Shown one piece after another: positions 30,775 to 37,146 of a DNA stretch of 37,146 bases (position 1 is the first letter of the stretch; every line of letters starts with the position of its first letter). The DNA lies in NCBI GenBank assembly GCA_030167865.1, contig JALAGF010004934.1:1-37146 (forward strand), in the 5' to 3' direction. The position numbers and the translations under genes are program-made. The DNA comes from Craspedostauros australis (Eukaryota). The notes beneath the pieces are model-generated. The model had not been told where the DNA came from. It did no database searches and saw nothing but the letters and a program-made list of their open reading frames with translations.

Positions 30775-32079
30775 ATGCCGCCGAAAGAAATGGAAGGACA
30801 AGGGGCCACAGACGGTGTGGCGCAAGCACTGCACGGCAACGCGAGCAGCGAGGACGTGGAGTACTTCAAGCTGGAATACGGCAGCCTTCCCAATGAGCTC
30901 TTCCGATCCAAGACCCCCATCGATGCCTGGTTCCGCGCTCTCAACCTGACCGCGGAAGACGGCTCTCCCTTGGCCAGCAGCAGCGCGACCGCCGGAAAGA
31001 ACGGCTTCCCACCAAACGCCCTCGGCCAGATATCTCAAATCCCGCCGCACGTAGAATGGGAGCGCGTGGTGGGAGTGGCGCTCTACATGATCAGCAACGT
31101 CATGCCCTTCCTGCTGCCCATGCTGTTGCTGGCCTCCTTCGTCCTGCTGCCTGCCGCGTCGATGGCCGCCACCGTGGCCAGGTGCTGCCTCGCCTTCGTC
31201 ATCGTCTACACGGCCCTGCTCTTTGCCATCGAGACCTTCTACTTCGAGCCTTACTTCAAGAAGGTCTACAAGCGCCCGACCATCCTCTCCAACGACATCA
31301 AGGACAACCAGTACGTCTACACGGAGTTCCACAGCGGCAAGTACCACTCCACCAAGTACGTCTGGCCCAAGTCCATCCACTACCCGGCGCTGGGCAACCG
31401 CCCCGTCATCTTCTGCGCCGTGCCGCACGGCATCATCCCCATGGGCATCACATCCTACCCCCTCTGGTCCAAGGTGTGGAACGACCGCCTGTGCCACTGG
31501 ACCTGCGCGCCCGTCGTGCTCAAGCTACCCGTCGTCGGATTCCTGCTGCGCAAGATGGGTTACATCCCCGCCAAGTCCAGGTCCATCCTCGACACCTTGC
31601 AGAAGAAGGAGGAGAATGTCGGCGTCATTCTGGACGGCATCGCCGGCATGTTCCATTCCAACGCCTCCTCGTCCGCGGAGCCCGGCGTCATCGAGGAGAT
31701 CGCCTGCCTCAAGGAGCGCAAAGGCATCGTCAAGATCGCCCTCAAGGCCGGCGTGCCCATCATACCCGTCTACGGTTTCGGCCACACGGCCATGTACCAG
31801 GCCGTCGTCGACCCCTTCGGCATCCTGCGCAAGCTCAGCCTCGCGTTGGACACGGCCGTCACACCCTTCATCGGTCGGTGGGGGTGGTTCTTGGGTCCGC
31901 CTCCGCGCGTTCCGCTCGCCATCTGTCTCGGCAATCCCGTGCAATGTCCGCAGATCGCCGAGCCGACGCAGCAGGAGATCGATGATCATCATGCCAAGAT
32001 GGTGGCCGAGTTTGTCAACGTCTTCGAGACGCATAAGGGTGCCTACGGGTGGTCCAACCGCAAGCTCAAGGTCGTGTGA
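30775..32079 (+). CDS. DGAT2: Diacylglycerol acyltransferase type 2 (DGAT2/MOGAT family)
   Basis: Two N-terminal hydrophobic segments; VPHGIIPMG (PHG block); LDGIAGMF (GGxxE-equivalent block); KERKGIVKIALKAGVPIIPVYGFG (RxGF...A...G..(L/I)VP.Y.FG block); C-terminal LGNPV...PTQQEIDDHH. Strongly C/G-ending codons. Confidence 0.92.
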   Translation: MPPKEMEGQGATDGVAQALHGNASSEDVEYFKLEYGSLPNELFRSKTPIDAWFRALNLTAEDGSPLASSSATAGKNGFPPNALGQISQIPPHVEWERVVGVALYMISNVMPFLLPMLLLASFVLLPAASMAATVARCCLAFVIVYTALLFAIETFYFEPYFKKVYKRPTILSNDIKDNQYVYTEFHSGKYHSTKYVWPKSIHYPALGNRPVIFCAVPHGIIPMGITSYPLWSKVWNDRLCHWTCAPVVLKLPVVGFLLRKMGYIPAKSRSILDTLQKKEENVGVILDGIAGMFHSNASSSAEPGVIEEIACLKERKGIVKIALKAGVPIIPVYGFGHTAMYQAVVDPFGILRKLSLALDTAVTPFIGRWGWFLGPPPRVPLAICLGNPVQCPQIAEPTQQEIDDHHAKMVAEFVNVFETHKGAYGWSNRKLKVV

Positions 32080-32366
32080 GTTGTTGCACCAATATGGTTT
32101 GCTTGGTTGGGTCTGCGGTCATGCGGATTGACGCGTGAGTAGATGAAGCAACGTTCCTCCCAATGCAGCATCGAGAGAGTGGCGCTAAGAACAGTCCGTA
32201 GTCGGAGCACTCTACTCTTATTACGTTTTGGCATGATGTGCGATGCTCCAACTGTTCTCTTGCTCTTTCATTTTGTGGAACAGAAGTATCAATCGTACGA
32301 ATACTGCTATTATGCGTGCGTAGTAGTAAGTATGGTGGAGTATGGTAGTCGTACGCGCAGCATAGG

Positions 32367-32521
32367 ACCCACTTGAGTGACGAGACCTGCAGTCGGTCCT
32401 GGGGTAGTGGCAACTTACGAGGCTTTCAACCAAGCCACCCACATAATAATCAACTAGATAAAAATACAAGAATCACAGTGGACGCCCGATTTTGCTTTAA
32501 TGGCTTATTTTTTTATGGACC
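32367..32521 (+). repeat. Left terminal inverted repeat
   Basis: Pairs with 33638-33795. Confidence 0.9.
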
Positions 32522-32953
32522 TTTGTAGATTTACGGTCCTCTTGGTCGAATATGCACGCTGCTCCGTGATGATCGCTCGGCATTGATTAGATTTTCCATC
32601 GCAAACAACACAATGTGCGCAGACACGTTCGGGATTGAACGATTTTTGACAGGTTGCGCACGGAATTTGGCGTTTCAGCGACGTCATCGTTTGACCTGTC
32701 CGAAGACACTCTCTTCGCCACTAACCGTTATTAGACGTTAATGTTAACGTTCAAATTCAAATTTGGCTTTCGTCACGTCGCAAATCTCCTCACATTTCGG
32801 CACAGAATCAACCTTTGCTTCTCTTCGGTGGTGTGCTGTGCTTGTTGCATGTTCATGCAGTGTTTGTATCATCACCTTCTTGCACTCCTCTTGCTCAGTT
32901 CACTTCCATCACTAGTAGTCTTCTCCATCTACCCTTCAGTATCAATCAGCATC

Positions 32954-33610
32954 ATGCTCGTCTCTACCTCGAAAGCTGCGTCCAAGGATGCCAATCCTTC
33001 CCCCTCCAAGAAGCAACGTTTGCCATCCTCTCAATCCATGCGCCCCTTTCTATTGGACCCAATTGATTGCAAGGAACTGTCCACGCCATTTCCTTCTGAG
33101 AAGTTGTTGCCTCCATTGGATATGGATGGTAAGCAGCACAATCTGACATCTACAACAGACAAGCTCTTGACTCCTGCACTCAAAGGCGCAACTTTCGACG
33201 ACGGGTGTGACATTGAAATCCTAACCACCGACGGCTGGAATCGGACACTCCAACAAAAACGCAACAAACACAACGAACACAACAATCACCCAGCCACCGA
33301 CGAACGCAAACAGCGCTGACACGGAGATCGTGCCTCCACAACAGACAACAGCAGAAGAGGAGGAAATCACGCTGCAACAAGAAGAAAACAAAACATTGGA
33401 GCGATTTGCGTGCGAGACACAAACGATGAAGGAAAACACGGAATCTCCTGAGATGGTGGAACAAAATGTGAGGACACAATTGCAGCAAAGAGCCAGAGCT
33501 GCGATGCGGGAATAAAAAATTGGATTCAGACTGAAATTGACATTGGAAAGTCTGCTTTTGGCAATATCAGCGAAGGCACCAAGACACTGAATCTGGCCAT
33601 AGTGCGCTAG
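32954..33610 (+). pseudogene. Frameshifted ORF relic inside the TIR element
   Basis: MLVSTSKAASK...PSKKQRL...DIEILTTDG, then in a second frame GHSNKNATNTT...EEEEITLQQEENK...RARAAMR, then in a further shifted frame NWIQTEIDIGKSAFGNISEGTKTLNLAIVR*, ending just before the right TIR. Confidence 0.4.
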
Positions 33611-33637
33611 TCATGTCTAGATGAGCACAAATCGAGG

Positions 33638-33795
33638 GGTCCATAAAATTAACATAAAGACTTAGGATAAAATCGAGGTCCTAAGAGTATCTTATAATTT
33701 TATCTAGTTTATGAATTTGTGAGTGATTTGGTCGAAATCCCCGTACGTTGCCAGCGCCCCCAGGACTGACTGCAGGTCCCATCACTCAAGTGGGT
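33638..33795 (-). repeat. Right terminal inverted repeat
   Basis: Pairs with 32367-32521. Confidence 0.9.
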
Positions 33796-34396
33796 GTATC
33801 ATGATGGACCAGGGACAGACTCTGTTGTGGGACATGGCTGGGTGTGACGTGAGACACCAATGGTTGCCTCCAGTGGGACAAGCTACAAGGTGGTCCGAGT
33901 GTGATCAACCATCATTGGATCTATCGAGTCGCGGTGCTTTTATTGGGATATACGGCAATGGCGTTTATCACAACAATGTTGTACATCGATTCCCGACACG
34001 CTAGTCGGGTAATTTTAGTCATGCATGCGATGTTGTTTCTCAAATGACATGGAGTCATTTCGACATGTTGTCCTCTCTCTCTGTTTTGGTGACTTTCGGA
34101 TTGTCACAAACAAGGAAGGGAGGATGACATCAACAGCGATCTTCAATGGCGACCATTCACAACAGAGGACAGAGAAAGCAATCGGAATAGCTTGTAGCCA
34201 TCATGGACAAGGGCCTTGGCAGCATCCATGGACGGAAGCAGGAGCGACAGTACGAAACACAGCGAGACCTCCAAAGGCGCACAACCACCCTACTCTCTGG
34301 AGTTGTCTACGCCAACACGCCAGCATCAATTCTCTCCCCAACACTCGTGCCATACACAAACATCGCAGTATAGTACCAGTACTCCACTTTGACACG

Positions 34397-35254
34397 ATGT
34401 GCTCTTCGCTGCATGCCATCATCCTTTTCTGCGCACTGATGCACTTGGTGTCGTTGGCATGCTGCGCTCCACCAACGGATGAAGCGAAGGGCGCACCCAA
34501 CGAGGCACCACCAACAATACCAACAAAGCCCAAGTCCGAACTGCAGAAGTTCGTGGACTCCATCCGCTCTTCGCCGTTCGGCACATTCGACAAGGACACA
34601 CGTGACGATTGCGCGGACATCATCGATGCCTGCTGGTCGGACATCTTCGCCAACATCTTCGTGGAATGCGCGGCGACGTGCACGCAACAATTGGAACAGC
34701 CGCGCATGAATGGCAAGGCCTCCGATGCGTCCGCCTTCTACGACCTGCCGTCGGTCCAACTGCGGCGTCCCACAAACTCAAAATCCATGCAGATGGAGGA
34801 TCTGGAAGGATACGTTGTCATTGTCGCAATCGTTCCCCTCATCCCCGGCATGGCGGCATACTACTACGAGCTGTTGGAGCATCTACATTCCAGCTTTCGG
34901 CCGAACCTCGAGATCGTCCTTCTGCCCGTCGATGTCGGAGTGGAGGGCGGTATCCACCTCATGCTGCACGATCCACCACATGTGCGCGTGCTGCAAGAGA
35001 TCGACGATGCCACGAGCAACGCCATGATTCGATACCTGCTTGACGTCAATCCAACGTCGGGAACGGCATCCGTCCTAACGCGGGCGGATGGAACAACGCA
35101 ACATGTGCAATCAAACCTCAATCTGGATCGGGTGACGATGTATCTGCTCAGTGCAGATGGGATGTTCGTGGAGCGATTAACGAGCCCGTCCATGAATGCG
35201 CTACAAGAGAGGGTGACGCTGTTCATGAAGTCCATGGACTACGACGAGCTATGA
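34397..35254 (+). CDS. Signal-peptide protein with a short Cys-rich segment and a glutathione-peroxidase/thioredoxin-like fold lacking the catalytic Cys
   Basis: The ATG at 34397 gives the signal-peptide-like MCSSLHAIILFCALMHLVSLACCA. Cys segment DDCADIIDACW...ECAATC. SAFYDL...MEDLEGYVVIVAIVPLIPGMAAYYYELLEHLHSSFRPNLEIVLLPV parallels the GPx N-terminal pattern; TMYLLSADGMFVER parallels the GPx KFLID.xG.VV.R block. Ends YDEL. Confidence 0.72.
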   Translation: MCSSLHAIILFCALMHLVSLACCAPPTDEAKGAPNEAPPTIPTKPKSELQKFVDSIRSSPFGTFDKDTRDDCADIIDACWSDIFANIFVECAATCTQQLEQPRMNGKASDASAFYDLPSVQLRRPTNSKSMQMEDLEGYVVIVAIVPLIPGMAAYYYELLEHLHSSFRPNLEIVLLPVDVGVEGGIHLMLHDPPHVRVLQEIDDATSNAMIRYLLDVNPTSGTASVLTRADGTTQHVQSNLNLDRVTMYLLSADGMFVERLTSPSMNALQERVTLFMKSMDYDEL

Positions 35255-35720
35255 GGCAGGGTGTTGGACGACGGTGGATCGCGACGTTGTGCGCGTCGCT
35301 AGTGTGGATGGATGATCGCACCCACATGTGCATTTGTGCAACCAAGGCTGGTTCATTTGACTCAATCGTAGTTGTTCTAAATACACTTTGTTGAATAGAA
35401 GCTATTTTGTTGATTGGCTGGTTGATTATAGGTGTACTAAGTATGTGTACGGTATGTATGATCGGTATGGTGGGTATGGGAGGCGAACTAACAGACATCG
35501 CCTTTTCCATCATGTGTATTGATGCCATGTCGTCATGTACAATAGTCATGTAATGTATGTGGTGAAGTGTTGGATGTCATAAGGGGTGTGCCACCAACGC
35601 GTTCTCTTGTGTTGTGAATGGAGATGGCAGCTTCGTCGGATGCCGTTAGATGCTGCACGAGTACGAATGGGCACCATACGCCTGCCCTCCTCTTCTGCAC
35701 TTGGAACAGACAGAAGTGCC

Positions 35721-37146
35721 TCACTCCTTCGTCTTGAACATCTTGAGCTTGTCTTGAACTGATGCCAAGTGACGCACGATTCCCGGTGTACACATATTGG
35801 TGCAGCCGAAGCGTCTCATGTCGGTGCACAAGATCGCAGGGTCGGTCAAGTAGTACTTGCCATTGGCCTTGACACCTTGAAGATCCGCCACAATCAAGTA
35901 CTCCTTGGAGAAGACGTACGAAAACTCCACGAAGCGAAGGAGTGACTCATCGATGTGATCGGGATGCCAGGCTCCCGTGTTGCTGCAGTACTTGGTGAAT
36001 GGTGTTCCAGTGGTTGGCAGCACGTCTTCACCGCAGTAGAAACGGTTTCCGGCTGCTTCATTTCTGTCGCTGACCTCCTCCACCACGCACGCTTGCAGAA
36101 CCCTGATCATGGCACAGTGCGAAGGACGGTAGGCTGACTTGTTGTATTCGTTGGCAAGGAAGCACGCGATGGATGATACCTCCATCTGTTGGAAGTATCG
36201 TTGTCTATCGTTGATTCTTGGCCCATGGTGCTTGTTGGTCTTGAGCACCATGGCGCTCTTGTCAAGGTTGAGTTCGGAGTTGTGACGCGCCAGCCTTGCA
36301 TGGAATGCAATGCGGCATGACCCCTCGGCAAACGGGGATTTCGCCAGTTGGAGCCAGAACTTGAGGTTGACGCGTTTCGCGAAAGAGAACCAAGAAGTGT
36401 AGGTCTCGGCCAACTTGTTGACCGAGAGAGGCGTTCGTAAAGACTGGACGGAGATGTTGCGGGTGTTGCAATACATGTTGACAGGCACCGTTCCTTTCCA
36501 TCCAAATTGCGTTGGGAAATCTTTGGAGATTGTGTATGGTTTCATCTTGGCCTTCTTCATCTTGCCTCCGTCTGCTTCGTACTCCACTGACTTGCCCTGA
36601 GAGTCGATCAACGACACTGAGTTGAAGACAGAGTGGCGGACGCTCTTGACCACGACTTTCTCAACCATTTCGGGAGAAGAGAAGTCCACAACTTCGAGAT
36701 CAATGTTGTGGACGGACGCAAACCGCTCAATCATCTTGTCTGTTTTCTTGGTGATGCGACCAAAGAAGACGTTCATGGTTCCACCCCTTGGATTGGTCCT
36801 GAGTTTGGACAGCTCCGAGACGATGTTGATGCCTGGAGTGCCGGTCGGGTAGTTGTCGCCAGACTTACCGTGGTCGTGGAATTCGGTTCCATGACATGCT
36901 TCATCACCAACGATGAAGACCACTCTGGTGGGGTGCATCCAGGAGAGCTCATTGGCCTTTTGGATGCCAACCGCTATGTCTTCTGGCTCGTCATCGCCGC
37001 CAGTGGACTTAACTCCCTCCAGGAAGCGTTCGAAGACACTGACGTCATCCACGAAATCAAGGACTTGATATCGATCAGATCCATCGTCAATATCTCGGTA
37101 GGCCACGAACCCCAACCGTAGATCCTTCCCCTTTCCATCAGCCTTG
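35721..37146 (-). CDS. vWA-domain plus alpha-kinase (eEF2K/MHCK family; Dictyostelium VwkA-like architecture); 5'-truncated by the window edge
   Basis: Frame is open to the window edge (KADGKGKDLRLGFVAYRD). vWA motifs FVAYRD, GGDDEPEDIAVG and VFIVGDEACHG. Alpha-kinase motifs PFAEGSCRIAFH, MVLK, EDVLP..FTKYCSNTG, IVADLQGV and YYLTDPAI. Confidence 0.92.
   Translation of the reverse strand, partial: KADGKGKDLRLGFVAYRDIDDGSDRYQVLDFVDDVSVFERFLEGVKSTGGDDEPEDIAVGIQKANELSWMHPTRVVFIVGDEACHGTEFHDHGKSGDNYPTGTPGINIVSELSKLRTNPRGGTMNVFFGRITKKTDKMIERFASVHNIDLEVVDFSSPEMVEKVVVKSVRHSVFNSVSLIDSQGKSVEYEADGGKMKKAKMKPYTISKDFPTQFGWKGTVPVNMYCNTRNISVQSLRTPLSVNKLAETYTSWFSFAKRVNLKFWLQLAKSPFAEGSCRIAFHARLARHNSELNLDKSAMVLKTNKHHGPRINDRQRYFQQMEVSSIACFLANEYNKSAYRPSHCAMIRVLQACVVEEVSDRNEAAGNRFYCGEDVLPTTGTPFTKYCSNTGAWHPDHIDESLLRFVEFSYVFSKEYLIVADLQGVKANGKYYLTDPAILCTDMRRFGCTNMCTPGIVRHLASVQDKLKMFKTKE

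Larger units (their letters stand above)
32367..33795. mobile_element. Non-autonomous or decayed DNA transposon (~1.43 kb) with ~155-bp terminal inverted repeats
   Basis: 32367-32521 matches the reverse complement of 33638-33795: 35 of the first 38 nt are identical (ACCCACTTGAGTGAyGrGACCTGCAGTCrGTCCTGGGG), and similarity continues through AACTAGATAAAA to TTTTATGGACC. No intact transposase and no clear target-site duplication. Confidence 0.8.

Noticed and set aside
28160-32131. Alternative-frame and antisense ORFs over GH10 and DGAT2 (28160-29248, 31056-31985, 31223-32131, 30733-31497)
   Set aside because: Expected by-products of high-GC3 coding sequence.
32355-33810. Assigning the TIR element to piggyBac or Tc1/mariner
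   Set aside because: No TTAA flanks; the TA dinucleotides are asymmetrically placed (2 nt versus 1 nt from the matching ends); no transposase motif is visible.
34025-34396. N-terminal 124 aa of the 409-aa ORF
   Set aside because: The signal-peptide-like segment begins at ATG 34397; the upstream part looks non-coding, although it cannot be fully excluded.

Overview
Eukaryotic genomic DNA with spliceosomal GT-AG introns, long CA- or GT-rich intergenic tracts, and no operons or rRNA/tRNA genes that I could see. The gene content is consistent with a stramenopile, most likely a diatom (inference). Recognisable genes, left to right: a GT61/DUF563 glycosyltransferase; a two-exon Cys-rich protein with duplicated HTSCS modules and Pro-Ser repeats; a TKL-like Ser/Thr kinase with poly-Q inserts; an acidic disordered protein; a 1785-aa TPR plus coiled-coil tail-anchored protein; three same-strand disordered proteins sharing short linear motifs (VSDDE/D and a C-terminal Pro-rich box); a two-exon GH10 xylanase-like hydrolase, divergent from a DGAT2; a ~1.43-kb element with ~155-bp terminal inverted repeats and decayed internal ORFs; a secreted glutathione-peroxidase-fold protein lacking the catalytic Cys; and a 5'-truncated vWA plus alpha-kinase lacking the usual zinc ligands. 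The most intriguing unannotated items are the three-gene motif-only paralog cluster (18.7-27.3 kb) and the TIR element. All calls were made by eye; no database searches were run.
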